The notes below the pieces were generated by a model that saw nothing but the letters and a program-made list of their open reading frames with translations, was not told the origin of the DNA and made no database searches. Positions 13,601 to 27,154 of a DNA stretch of 64,000 bases are shown here, piece after piece; the first letter of the stretch is position 1; each line of letters opens with the position of its first letter. Position numbers and translations under genes: made by a program. This DNA is from Eledone cirrhosa (taxonomy: Eukaryota), in assembly GCA_964016885.1 (NCBI GenBank), contig OZ024748.1, positions 18,538,001 through 18,602,000 on the forward strand, written 5' to 3'.

Positions 13601-13915
13601 ACTGGTGGGAGACACACAACACCACAGACAGTGTTGTAGTGTGTATGGGACTGGTGGAAGACACACAACACCACAGACAGTGTTGTAGTGTGTATGGGAC
13701 TGGTGGGAGACACACAACACCACAGACAGTGTTGTAGTGTGTATAGGACTGGTGGAAGACACACAACACCACAGACAGTGTTGTGGTGTGTATGGGACTG
13801 GTGGGAGACACACAACACCACAGACAGTGTTGTAGTGTGTATAGGACTGGTGGGATACACACAACACCACAGACAGTGTTGTAGTGTGTATAGGACTGGT
13901 GGAAGACAACCACAG
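10700..13915. repeat. 49-bp tandem satellite, about 65 units (ggactggtggaagacacacaacaccacagacagtgttgtagtgtgtatr)
   Basis: Period 49 read directly (10861 to 10910); the 49-aa period of the three minus-strand ORFs agrees. Confidence 0.97.
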
Positions 13916-14306
13916 AACCTAATGTAGCCATCAGGCAGAAACACAACACCACATACCACAACCATATCACAACACAACATTCCATAATGCCATACCATAC
14001 CACAACATCCCACAACATCTCATAATACAACTATACCAGCCACACACCACCATATACCACACAATCTACCAGATAACCTGGAGTAGGTGGCATATTTTCA
14101 TGGGTAAAAGCAGGGAGGGGGAAGCTTTCGTTAGACAGATATGAGGAAGCAACAAGTGCCTGCATTTTTTTGTTGGGGGGGGGGGGGTATTACTGTGGTT
14201 GTGATGATGATGGTAGTTGTGGTGGTAGACAGCAACAAAGAAAAGAAAACTGCCAACAAGAACAACAGACTTATGTTAATATACTGGAGGTTAAACACAC
14301 ACACAC

Positions 14307-14379
<73 letters not shown>

Positions 14380-14393
14380 ATTTAACCTCCAGC

Positions 14394-14461
<68 letters not shown>

Positions 14462-15051
14462 CTGTGAGTATAGGTAGGAGGAAAATGAAAATATGAATTA
14501 AAGAAGATATAGAAATTAAAAAGTGCTTAGCATCCATTAGATAAATTACATCTGATAAAGACAATGAATGCATTAGTGGTGACTGCATGCATACAGATTT
14601 GTGCAGCTGCATGTACTTTTCTGTACATATATGTGTGTGTGTGTGTAGCTAGATGCATATAAATGCATGTTTGCACATGTGTGTGTGTACCTGTAGAAAT
14701 ATGCTCGTATATACATGTGATACAATAATGATTGTGTGTATGTATGTGTGTATATGAATATATGTATATATCTATATATATATATATATGCACGTGTCAG
14801 TGAATGTGCGCTTGTTTGTCCATGTTTTAGTGCGATGTTGAAATGAGCATCTGAATACTATGAATGTGTGTTCGTGTGGAGTGGGTGCGAGTGTTTGCGT
14901 GTGCGTAGGTAAGGAAGTTCTCTTGATGTGAATGTGAATGTGTGTGAGAGTATGTGTATAGTTATGGAAGTCCTTTGTTGATGTAAATGCGAGTGTCACT
15001 GATTGAAGTCATTCTCACTTTAATAAAGGGTTTACACACACATACACACAT

Positions 15052-15107
<56 letters not shown>

Positions 15108-15189
15108 GAGTAGCATACATAAATGAAAAAGGGGCTGGTGATGGTGGTAAGATATCAACATCAGTGTCATCAGTCACAAACACATATAT

Positions 15190-15233
<44 letters not shown>

Positions 15234-15620
15234 ACATATATCTATAATGAGAGTGATTGGTTGAAGTAGCATGAAGTGATGAAGAAGAGTCGTGGTGGTG
15301 GTCATGGTGAGATATCAACAGCAGATATACACATTTATGTATATATATGAGAGAGGGAGAGAGAGAGAGGAGGGGGGGGGGACTATGTGAAGAGATTTCA
15401 GCTGGAGATGAAGGAGAAAGAGAATGGAAATATGTCAACATCAGGGAACAAGATATGTCTTGTCAATTACCTTGTAGGGAGATGGACAATGTCTGTGTGT
15501 TGTGTGTGTATATATTATTCTTGTTTTTGTTGTTGCAACTCATACCTAAGTAAGTCTTGTTGTCCACCAACGATGTTGCATCTCAGGTGCTTTAATGATA
15601 AAGACCCCTCTGCTATACAC

Positions 15621-15655
<35 letters not shown>

Positions 15656-15999
15656 AGAGTGTGTGTATCCTGAATGTAAAACAAAATGCCCGATACTCTG
15701 AGTTCAAATTCTTGTCCACGGTGAAGGGAATAACAAAAGTGTGTTTACACTTGTTTACTTTCACAGCAGGGCTTATAATTACAAAACTATAATCATATCC
15801 ACATTAAATTTATCTTAGATCTTCTAACAGAGAGAGAATATGTTGTACAAACATCTTTGTTATTTAATTTATCACACTGCTAAACAAATGTATGTTATGG
15901 CAGGATTGGAGGAAGGTATCCTCAAACTGGGGACCTAGTTGAAATGCTTGAGAGAGAGAGAGAGAGAGAATTACAATAATAAAGGCACTGAAGGTCCAG

Positions 16000-16438
16000 G
16001 TGTGGTAGTGGTGTTAAACTGGGTGATGGATTAAGTGTAGCACACATGTGGTGGTATTAAATTGGGTGATGGATTAAGTCTAGTACACATGTGGTGGTGT
16101 TAAACTGGGTGATGGATTAAGTGTAGCACACATGTGGTGGTATTAAATTGGGTGATGGATTAAGTCTAGTACACATGTGGTGGTATTAAACTGGGTGATG
16201 GATTAAGTTTAGTACACATGTGGTGGTATTAAATTGGGTGATGGATTAAGTCTAGTACACATGTGGTGGTATTAAACTGGGTGATGAATTAAGTTTAGTA
16301 CACATGTGGTGGTATTAAACTGGGTGATGGATTAAGTCTAGTACACATGTGGTGGTATTAAACTGGGTGATGGATTAAGTCTAGTACACATGTGGTGGTA
16401 TTAAACTGGGTGATGGATTAAGTCTAATACACATGTGG
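16000..16438. repeat. 43-bp minisatellite (gtggtggtattaaactgggtgatggattaagtctagtacacat), about 10 units
   Basis: Period 43 (16321 to 16364). Confidence 0.95.
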
Positions 16439-17659
16439 CTCACAGTGGCATTTTGAACTCAGAACACAAAATAAACCAGAACAAATATAGCATGGCTTCT
16501 CATCTAATGATCTAACAATTCCATTAATCAACAATTCTGGGCAGATATTTCACTTTATCAATCCTAAAAGGCAAATTTGACCAAGGTGCAATTTGAACTC
16601 AGAACAGAGGGAGCAATAACAAACCTCACAAAGAATTTTGTAGGGTTTGTTCTAATTACTGCCACTTCACTGCCCTGTAAAACATTGTAGCAACATAAAC
16701 TTGTCAGGAGTTATAGGACTGGGGACACCTCTCTATCATTAAGCCATTCGAGAAACTTCCTATAAGCTGTGCAACAAATATGAGATGATGAAAGGACTGG
16801 GGATCCCTCTGTAATTAAACTATTCAAGAAACTGCCTAAGAGATGTATCCTGATAGAGGGTCAGCTAAACCTGGGCAGGGATGAGTTATCTAACAAATAC
16901 GGTATGATGACAGGACTGAGGTTTCCTCTATCATTAACCCACCTAAGAATTCTCCTATGAAACCCAATCTCATAGGTGGCCAGCTCAACCTGAGCAGCTG
17001 TGCACTGTCCAACTAATCTAATAAGGAACAAAATCTGTTCATACATCTTTCTCTTAAAACCACTGATGTCTTACACCCTATTTCAACTCAAAATGTCTGG
17101 GCCTAGTGGTTAAGGTGTTGGACTTAAGATCATAAAATCATGGGTCCAATTCCTGAACCTATCAGTGCATTGTGTTCTTGACATGAGTAAGGCAATTTGA
17201 CATTGCTTTTCATGATAGAATGGGGGCCCCTATTATTAAAACACCCAAGATACATCCAATGAGATGTAACCTCATAGGAGGCCAGCTTAATTTGCATAGG
17301 TGTGATCTGTTCTCTCTCCTCTTATTTTAATACAAAATATGTGAACCCTACTTTATTTTACTACAAATAATTATGGGGCTCACTTTATTCTACCATAAAC
17401 TATATAAGAACACTTTAACGCATATTGATGTGAAGGACCCATTTTATTCTAATATAAGTCAGACAAAATAAAAAACCTTACCCCTTAAGGCAATTCTGTA
17501 TTCACTACGTATTCAGTATCATTAATGTTCATCAGATGAAGCCACGGCTTCCACAAAAGTTCCTATAATAAACAAAACAAGATATATAGATAATAATAAT
17601 AATAATATTTGCTTATTATTCAAATATAAAATAATAAGTCAATATATTTAAGAGCATAA

Positions 17660-18068
17660 AGGCGGTGGCTTGGCAGAACTGTTAGTCTCGGAGAAAATGC
17701 TTTGTGGCATTTATTCCAACTCTTTACTACCTGAGTTGAAATCCCACCAAGTTCTACTTTGCCTTTCATCCTTACGGGGGTCAATAAAATAAAGTACCTG
17801 TCACTTACTGGGGTCGATGTAATGCCCTTTCCCTTCCCCCAAAATTGTTGGCCTTGAGCCTAAATTAGAAATCATTATTTAACAGTATCGGTAGAGGGTC
17901 GGACGCCATGCTTTCCAGCATAGTTACATCCCTTTACAGTCTGAGCTCAAATCCCGCCGAGGTTGACTTTGCCTTTCATCCTTACGAGGTCGATAAAATA
18001 AAGTACCAGTGATGCACTGGGTAATTGCTGGCCTTGTGCCTAAAGTAGAAACAATTATTTAACAGTAT
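17660..18068 (+). mobile_element. Two adjacent family A SINEs: an older copy, then a young copy with a 15-bp TSD
   Basis: A/B boxes and gcctttcatccttacg.ggtcgataaaataaagtacc domain in both; attatttaacagtat repeated on both sides of the second copy. Confidence 0.8.
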
Positions 18069-18132
18069 AATATATTATATAACCTACCATCATTACCATA
18101 TCTATGCTGATCTATGTTAGATTGGTCAGTAA

Positions 18133-18352
18133 TATGAGGGAGTGCTGAAAAGTTTCTGCCTTTGGGTAAAAGAAAATACAGGAGGATCAGTAAATTGTGA
18201 TTTTATTCAACATATTCCTCTCTCAGATTCACACACTTATTGCAATGGTCCTTTAGTTTTCTAAACCCTGTAAAAAGAACACTGAAGGTTGGGCCTCCAA
18301 CCAAGCCTCTGTGATACCCTTGAAGCCAGAAATCTTTCAGCAACCCCTCATA
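18133..18352 (-). mobile_element. Mariner-derived MITE / internal deletion derivative
   Basis: TA-flanked TIRs (TGAGGGAGTGCTGAAAAGTTTCTG / CAGAAATCTTTCAGCAACCCCTCA); minus strand encodes GFRKLKDHCNKCVNLREEYVE*, matching the mariner transposase C-terminus. Confidence 0.85.
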
Positions 18353-19129
18353 TACCCTGCTATCTTGAACAGGTTTTATCAGATTCTCCAAACACTGTCC
18401 TAACCATTTCTTACTAAATCTGTCTCCCACCAAGAGATAAGTCAATGAGGGACTCTCAAGATAGCTGTTCAGATTGCTAGAAACAACAACTAAACCTTCC
18501 TCAAATCACACCCTAATGACCGAAAAGGGTAAAAAAAAATTATTGGACGTTCCACACTGTAAACATGGTTGGTGCTAGGAAGGGCATCCAGCTATAAAAA
18601 ACCCAGCCAAAATAGAGTTCCGTTTGAGCAAGATACGGTGCAGCCAACTGGCCAGACTTGTCTCATAACGTGGACAACCCATCTAACCCATGCAAGTGTG
18701 GAAAAATAAATGTTAAACAGTGGTAATGATGATGAATTCAGTAATCTTAAAGTTCATATTACAGACACTATTTTAGCGATAAAAAAACACACACAACTGA
18801 TTCCAGCAGAAATTGAACCTAGAACCAAACTGTATTGATGCAACAGATCTAATAAGATTCTTTACTCTTTAAGCTGTCTGTTAATAATTTTTTTTTAACC
18901 ATTTTGTTTCAATACACTGCCTATGTGATTTAATTAATTTTGAAAATATTTTCATTAGTAAGCTTATGTTTGGTATGTGACTTAATAAGAGTTTCTAACA
19001 TAAAATCATGATGGAAGGTTTTAATAAAATAATAAAGGACAGTCTAGCAAGGAAAGTGGACGTTAAATGATGATTTTCAGGTGGGGGTGGTATCAAGGGA
19101 TAAACTGACACAAATCTACAAATTGTGGA

Positions 19130-19258
19130 TGAGGGATATTGTAGAGGGAGTAACAAAAGGTATTGTAGAGGGATAACAAAGGATATTGTAGAGGGAGTAA
19201 CAAAGGAAATTGTAGAGGGAGTAACAAAGGGTATTGTAGAGGGATAACAAGGGATATA
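19130..19258. repeat. ~24-bp minisatellite (ggatattgtagagggagtaacaaa), about 5 units
   Basis: Direct reading. Confidence 0.8.
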
Positions 19259-19619
19259 TTTTATTGTGCTACTGAAGTGACAAAGGGCAAGGTTAATTTT
19301 CAACTCAGAAACTCAGACTATAAAGGAAGGCAGCTAAACATGGCAAAACATTTTGTCTGCCAGTCTGGCACTGTACCATTTCTGTTCAGAAATATCTGAG
19401 GTAATATATATTTCTAAGTACTTTTAAATTATCTAATCTGGCTGGCAACCGTCGTCCTTTTGGAGATTTCAATGTTTTTTTAAAATTAAATAATAGATTA
19501 TTATAATGGATATATATATATATATATATATATATAAACATACATATAAACACACATGCACACCGGGAGGTTAAATCTATAGTAAGTACAGAACTTAGTG
19601 CAGAGGACGAGTTTGGCAT

Positions 19620-19858
19620 AGAGTTAGTTCCACAAGAAATTAGCAAACCATACTTGAGGACATGTGTTTCGCATAGCACGTTTTCAACCTGTGCATGGCA
19701 GCGGTGAAAGCAGAAGTGTAAATGAGCTGACTGGATGACACAGAATCCAGTCAGCTCATATACACTTCTGTTTTCACTGCAGCCATGCATGGCCTGAAAA
19801 TTATGTAGGTGAAATGCGTGTCCTTCAGTATGGTTTGCTAATTTGTTGGGGACTCTAA
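19620..19858. repeat. Long imperfect palindrome (~115-bp arms, 8-nt loop); probable foldback MITE
   Basis: Centre gagctgactggat-gacacaga-atccagtcagctc; pairing extends to aaattagcaaaccatac / gtatggtttgctaattt. Confidence 0.85.
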
Positions 19859-19869
19859 TTTATACATAT

Positions 19870-19911
<42 letters not shown>

Positions 19912-19963
19912 ATATGTGGTTGATGGCTGAGAGAAAGGAGTACTCAATACCGAAGTAGTTTTA

Positions 19964-20071
19964 ATATTCATTTTATTAAGGCTAAAATAGTTCTTGCCTG
20001 ACGACCCTGTGATAAAGAGGTGAAACTCCAGAGTAACAAGACTCACTATTTAGCCTTAATAAAATGAATAT
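19964..20071 (+). ncRNA. Type-I hammerhead ribozyme-like motif inside a 27-bp inverted repeat (Penelope-like remnant)
   Basis: tcttg-c-CTGACGA(19998-20004)-stem II cct/agg-GAAA(20022-20025)-ctc-ca-gag-TA-a-caaga; outer arms atattcattttattaaggctaaaatagt / actatttagccttaataaaatgaatat. Confidence 0.65.
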
Positions 20072-20756
20072 ATGTATATATATTGTGTGCATGTGTATAT
20101 ATATATATATATACACACACACACGTAAATATATATGCATATAAATACACACACACACATATATATATATACATATAACCCTGTAGTTGATCATGTTGAG
20201 TTGATTATTCTAATCTATGAAAGGAATCATGTGGAATGTATGTTTATTAATAGGAGTGGTTATGTAACATCATTTCTATAGCTGGGACGTGATGGGTAAC
20301 ATGTTTGATATGGTTATGTAACAGTGTTAGTATCAGTGTCTAATAGCTTTGAGGGTTCTGTTGTTGATGCAACGGCTCACACCTATGTAGGTTTAGCCGG
20401 CCTCCTATAAGGTTGTATCTCATAGCAGGTTTCTCAGGAATTTTAATGAAAGGGGACCCCAGTCCTATCATGTTACAGTTCACACCTATGCAGGCTTATC
20501 TCACCTTTGGGTGTTTTAAACCTAGAGGCCTCAGTCATATCATGAACAGGACCACTCCATGTGAAACAGACACCTGTGCATTGCAGGGCTTAAACTCCAT
20601 CTAAGTGAACAGGAGCAACATGAGATAAAGTGTCTTACACAAGGACGTAATGCAACACCCAGTCAAGGAATCAGACCCATTAGTTTATGATTGTGAGTCC
20701 AACACTCTAAAGATTCCACCATGTAGGAGGACAGCTAAACCTACATAGGTGAGAGT

Positions 20757-20945
20757 TGTAACAATGTCTATTGCTCCAGTGTAACACTCTCCCTTCTACC
20801 ACATTTGTAAAAACCTCTCTATTGTTCCAGTGTAACTCTCTCCCTTATACCACAGTTGTAACAATTTCTCTATTGTTCCAGTGTAACTCTCTCCCTTATA
20901 CCACAGTTGTAACAATTTCTCTATTGCTCCAGTGTAACTCTCTCT
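20757..20945. repeat. 51-bp minisatellite, about 3.5 units
   Basis: tctattgttccagtgtaactctctcccttataccacagttgtaacaatttc repeated. Confidence 0.85.
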
Positions 20946-22852
20946 TCTTGACTTGATATTGTTTAATCCAAAGTAATTCTTGGTTAAGCAGAACACTTTA
21001 TCAAAGACATTTCAACCGTGATCACTGTATCTTTTCTTTCTAAGCCCACAATAATGCTTTTGATACCAATACAAAGTCTTATTAGTATCACGCTCAGAAG
21101 TAAGTATACACAGACACACACACGTGTGTGTGTGTGTAGAACAATAAGAAAAAAACAGAAGTCAGGTGTAGGTAGATTGTGATATATATATATATAAACA
21201 ATGAACTAACAAACAAATATATGTAAAGATTGATCAGATGTGACAATGTCAAGACACACCTAGAGATTATCAGTGACACATGAAAGTGTCAAGATACAAA
21301 GTTTGGAAACCTCTCCTTTAAAAGCTAACTGATCTGATACAGAAATTAATCAAAATTTAGGACCAGAAAGGACAAAATACAAGTGCCATTAATTTAGACA
21401 TAGCTGTTTCACATAATTTTACAGTGAGAAAAATTGTAAAATGATGTGTGTGTATATGTATGTATCATCATCATCATCACCGTTTTACGTCCGTTCTTCC
21501 ATGCTATACACACACACACACACATTGAGAAAGAGAGAGAGAGAGAGAGAGATAAAAACCAGACTGCGATGCCTAACTGTTTCGACTTGTATTCAGCAAT
21601 CCTTTTTGTGGTCTCTGGTTTCAGCACCTCAGACTTTACACACACACACACACTTATCTGGTTCCGCTATGAGCAGGATATAGTGTGGCCAACTGGCCTG
21701 TCCCTCTTCATAATGGTGTCATCCAGCTGTAAAAATCCCAGCCAAATTTGATAGTTCCGCCTGAGTAAGGTACAGCAGGGCCAATCTGGCCAGATTTGTC
21801 TCATGCCGTGGACAACCCATCTAATCCATGCAAACATGGAAAATGGGCGTTAAACAGTGATGATGATTACATACACACACATATATGTGTATATATGTCA
21901 TCACACCTTTTAATTTCTGTATCTATCCTTTGTGATCTTGTCTGTATTTTTGTACTCCTGAAGAAGGGCTAAAGCCCAACATGTTAAATTTTCTTTCCTA
22001 GTTTTCATATAAAGCATGAAACTAATAAGACTTTTTGTACCTCTGTTTGTCATTTCCTTGAACTATATACACACATAATGTATAGCATTCAATCTATACT
22101 AGTATAACGGACATACAAATGAGGACCAGGATGATGATGATTTATATGTACATGTATATTTATGTATGTATTTATGATTATGTGTTTGTATATATGATTG
22201 TGTGTGTGCGTATATAAAATTCAGAAGAATAGGAATAAAATTGTGTGTGTGATTACGTTGTTCAATCTAAACAAGACGAAACTTGTTTAAATATAATATC
22301 AAATTTTAATCATTCATATATATATATATTGTGTGTTGTACATGTATGAAATGTTTATTAACACTTCCTTGCTGATTTAGTCACTTTCTTTCACACTTTA
22401 TATGTACATATACACACATGCACATATATATATATATATACACGCACACACACATATATATACATACATATATATACACATACACATACACATACATATA
22501 TACACATACACATATATATATATACACACACATTTCTTTATTACATGTTCCAGCTGAGAGGCTGAGGCCATACTGGAGCGTCGACATTTTATTTATATAT
22601 ATATGCACACATTCACCCACCCACTCTCTCTCTCTCTTGCATTGGTTACGTCTTTTATGGAGAGGGAAAACATCATTAAGATCTGAACTTCAAGAAAATA
22701 CGTCAAGAGTTAAGATGTGAGAATGCTTCTGGTACCAAACTGACCTTTGGTTCCATCCTGACCTCTGCTTCTACAATACAAAGCTATGTACTTTAATATG
22801 TTTATATTTATCTGAAAATCTGCTATCACCATTTTATCTAAGAATCTTTGAA

Positions 22853-23256
22853 GCTCACAATGCGGCGGACAGGAAGAAAAGCAAATACTGGAGCTTGTCC
22901 AGTCGCTTCCTCTTTGCACCAGTCGTCATCGAGACCTCATGTGGTCTCAAACCCCAGACAGCTGACCACCTCCGTAAAATTGGATCAATAGCAGCCCGTC
23001 TGAAGAAGGAGCCCTCCAAGGTGAAGTGGCTGTTGCAGCATGTGTTGCTGGCTATTGTCCATGGAAATATCTTTGCCATTTTGTCCGTGGTGTGCAGCTG
23101 AAACACCTGTAGAATCTGTCACCCTCTCTCCTTCTCCCATTTCTTTCTTCCTTTATCTAGTAGTCCTTGCTCTTCCCCCCCTTTTCCTCTCATTTATGGC
23201 ATTTATAGTCCTTTGCAATGCTGCTTTCTTTTTCTGTCTGTTTAACCAAATAAAAG
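22853..23256 (+). mobile_element. 3' fragment of a CRE-like (restriction-like endonuclease) non-LTR retrotransposon
   Basis: AHNAADRKKSKYWSLSSRFLFAPVVIETSCG...LLQHVLLAIVHGNIFAIL resembles the RLE C-terminal pattern AxxKxxKY..FxPxxxETxG..LxQRxSxAxQRGNA; pyrimidine-rich 3' UTR ends at aataaa. Confidence 0.7.
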
Positions 23257-23499
23257 TTCCTTTGCTACCTTATATTCCAAATACCAACTTAATGAGAACG
23301 TTATACTTTTACATCCCTTCAAATAGTTTGGGCAATGTCTAACACAGTTAAAGTGTTTATATTCATCTAAGAATCTTAACTTTATGTAAGTTATGTTCCA
23401 ACCATCAGATTATTGTATTTTCTTGTGTATAAGACACACATTTTAAATATTTGTTGTCAAAATCTACACACACCCTATACACAGAATGTATGAATATAA

Positions 23500-23985
23500 T
23501 AATGGTCTCGTTTTTTGGTACAAAGCCAGCAATTTTGAGGAGGTGAAAGTCGATTAAATCGACTTCAGTGCATGATTGGTACTTTATTTTATTGACCCCG
23601 TAAGAGGGATTTGAACTTAGAACGTAAAGGGCCATAACTATGCGGCGAAGCAGGGTGTTCAACGCTCAACCGATAGTGATAATAATAATTGTTTCTACTT
23701 TAGGCACAAGGCCAGCAGTACGTTACTGGTGCTTTTATTTTATCGACCCCATAAGGATGAAAGGCAAAGTTAACCTCGGCGGGATTTGAACTCAGACCGT
23801 AAAGGACCATGACTCTATGCTGCAAAGCATGGTGTCCGCCTCTCTACCACTACTGCCAATCTACTGCTCTCGATAATATTTGTTTCTACTTTTTGGCACA
23901 AGGCCAGCAATTATCCAGTACATTACTGGTACTTTATTTTATTTTATCGACCTCGTAAGGATGAAAGGCAAAGTTAACCTAATAA
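23500..23985 (-). mobile_element. Cluster of three tandem family A SINEs
   Basis: Three repeats of ttgtttctactt..ggcacaaggccagca...ggtactttattttatcgaccc; two include the B box and head. Confidence 0.8.
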
Positions 23986-24042
23986 TAATAAAACTATGCA
24001 TCAAGTACTCACTTTGACCTTACAGTAACTGGACATTACAAT

Positions 24043-24086
<44 letters not shown>

Positions 24087-25068
24087 CACAAGCCATGTAT
24101 AAGTATAGCTGTATATCCCAATCATTCCCCTTTCAAAATAATGGTGTGGTGTCTCATATTCTAACAAATATGGAAATATTGAAAATATTTCTTTTGCTAA
24201 ATCCCTCCAAATTCTTTATTATTATCAAAATGATTTGAAAATCATAGGCAATCACTTTCATTAAAAAGAAGATAACAAAAAATTTAACATGTCTATATTT
24301 ATCTAAAAACCTTCCATCATAATTTCATTAAATTATGATTCAAACACTAGAGAAATAATGAGAAAGTTAGTTATATTACTAAATCCCTACAAATTCTTGA
24401 TTATTTTCAAAATGATTTGAAAATGCTAAGCAGTGTCTTTCATTAGAAATATAGCAACAAAAGAGTTAAATCTATAATTACTTTGAAATTTTTTGTTGTT
24501 TTTTTAATGATTGAGTTTTATGTAAATATTTGATGTTCATTGTTGTCTTCACATCTTTTCTTCTTTATTTATCCATTCATCCATAAAAGAGCCTTCCAGA
24601 CATTATGCTTGATTGATTGCCAACATTACCAGCCAGTCATCCAGCTAGCCAACAACCAACCCAGCCCAGCCAGCTAGCCAACCAACCTCCCACCCATCAC
24701 TAACCCAGCTACACAGCCATCCAACCAGCCATTCAGTCACTAACCCAGCCAGCCAGACACCCAACTGGCCAGTCACCTTCCCATCTATCTACTAACCCAA
24801 TCACCCAGTTAACCAGCCAGCCAGTCACTCACCATTTCACCCATCTAGCCACCCACAAACCCAGCTACACAGTTACTGTCCAACTTATCCATCCACCAAC
24901 CCAGTCAGCCATAACTATAGGTAACCATGGTAACTGTTGGTCCTTACTACCTCCAATAATCCCCATAAATAAATACTTCAGCCCTTCATAACTGACCCAG
25001 TCACCTCAACTTTCTGCTATAATACAGGTCACCATATATTTACACTTTCACTTTTCTAGACAACAGTG

Positions 25069-25292
25069 TTAACCCGTTAGTATTTAAACTGGCTGTATCC
25101 GGCCAGAATTCTCTCACCTCTTTTTGTTTAAATCAGCTGTAACCGGCTGCTCATACTGATGTTAAGGCATTGTTCTCAAAATAAATATCAAAATCTCAGA
25201 TTTGATATTATGTGAGATAATTATGGGAGGTAAAGCCTTTACCCTAAGAATACAATAGTAAATATAGAGTAATGCAAATGCTAAAGGGTTAA
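25069..25292 (+). mobile_element. piggyBac-like TTAA MITE, family 1
   Basis: TTAA-CCCGTTAGTATTT...AAATGCTAAAGGG-TTAA. Confidence 0.85.
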
Positions 25293-25612
25293 ATACGTTC
25301 TCTATATAACATCTACATTAGCTGTGAGGATTAAACACATCTCAACATAACATTTACATTAGCAGTGCTGGTTAAACACATCTCTACATGTCATCAACAT
25401 TAGCAGTGCTGGTTAAACACATCTCTACATGTCATCAACATTAGCAGTGATGGTTGAACACATTTCTATAACATTTACATCAGCAGTGAAGGTTAAACAT
25501 CTCTATAACATCTACATTAGCAGTGAAGGTTAAACACATCTCCTCAATACAACATCTACAGTAGCAGGGAGGGTTAAACACATCTCTACATTAGCAGTGA
25601 TGGTTAAACACA
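25293..25612. repeat. Degenerate ~40-bp minisatellite (acattagcagtgnnggttaaacacatctctac...)
   Basis: About 8 units. Confidence 0.8.
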
Positions 25613-26156
25613 AATTGTTTCCCCATCATTTAATTACCACATTCCCTGCTAGTAAGGGTTGGTCAGATCGTTACAGACCAAGTTAGTACTTAATTGGAGC
25701 CACTCATCTCACATGCAAGTCAGGGGTTGCATTTTACAGAGTGTACTAGGTGCATTTTATCATGGCACCAGCACTAGGGACATTGTCATGTCATTGACAT
25801 AACTGAAGAGTCCTCAGAAATCAAATGAAGAATGAAATTTACAGCTCACACCTATGTAGGTTTAGGTGGCCTCCTACAAAGTTGCATATCATAGGAGGTT
25901 TCTGGGCCTGAAAAGCAATATGAAATGAAGAGTGTTTGCTTAAGAACACAATACGCTGCCCAGTCTGGGAATCGAACCCTTGACCTTATGGCCATAAGTA
26001 CAACACTAGGTCATAATTCCTCAGAAGTATTTGTTACAGCTGAATGAACAATGCTTCGCTTTGTTATATGATGATGACCATTAATTAAATTTGTTACATG
26101 TTAGACATATTTCATATCATTGCAAAGAGGGATTCCTCATCTATATAGCCTTTAGA

Positions 26157-26342
<186 letters not shown>

Positions 26343-27154
26343 AGATGGATGATAGATCAGCAACAACCATATTATTGATATTTTGATCATGTTTCAACAT
26401 CATATCTGCCATGATGTGTGGAGCTCAACTATTTTCTAGAGCTTGCAGAAGACGTGTTTCTCTGCGTGTATTTGTGTCTGTGTGTTTCTGTTTGTATTCA
26501 TGTTGGTATATTCAGATGTGTGTATTCATGTCTGTGAGAATATATGTCTGTATTCATGTGTGTGTGTGTGTGTATTCATGTCTGTATATTCACATGTGTG
26601 TGTGTATTCATGCCTGTAAGTGTATAGTTAATATGTTGTGCTATGATGTAGCTGAAGTAGTTCCTCTCATAGTCCATAGTAATTTTCCTGTTGTGTGTAT
26701 GTGTGTACATTTATGTGAATGTGTATTTGTATGTTGTGAGTGTGGCTAATATCCTGTGCCACAGTATAGTTGAAATATTTTCTCTTGTGTTACATTTTTG
26801 TGTGTGTGTGCATGTTATGTGGTGTGTGTGTGTGTGTTGTATGTGGTGTGTGTATGTTATATGTGGTGTGTGTATGTTATGTTGTGTATGTGTGTGTGAG
26901 GCTAATATCCTGTGTAGGCTGGAAACTGAAGACCAATGTTTATAGTATATATTGATTATAAATAGTAGTAATAATAATAATAATAGTATTTGACATTGGC
27001 ACAAGATCACATAAGGGAGTGGGTCGGGGGGAGTCAGAAAGAGAGAGAGACAGAGAGAGTTGATTAAATGGAATACTATAGTAGTTGAATGGTTCTTGAG
27101 TTTATCTGCCCCTGCAGAATGGAAAACAGAAGTAAACATGAATGATGGGAGACA

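Noticed and set aside
10700-13915. CRISPR-like array of hairpin repeats
   Set aside because: No unique spacers, no cas genes, and a eukaryotic context
10388-14030. Three minus-strand ORFs over 1100 aa
   Set aside because: They are translations of a 49-bp satellite lacking stops; all three frames give the same permuted peptide, and 2-bp deletions are tolerated
15547-15613. Minus-strand exon with a gtatga donor
   Set aside because: The sequence belongs to the dispersed ctcaggtg.tttaatgata SINE module
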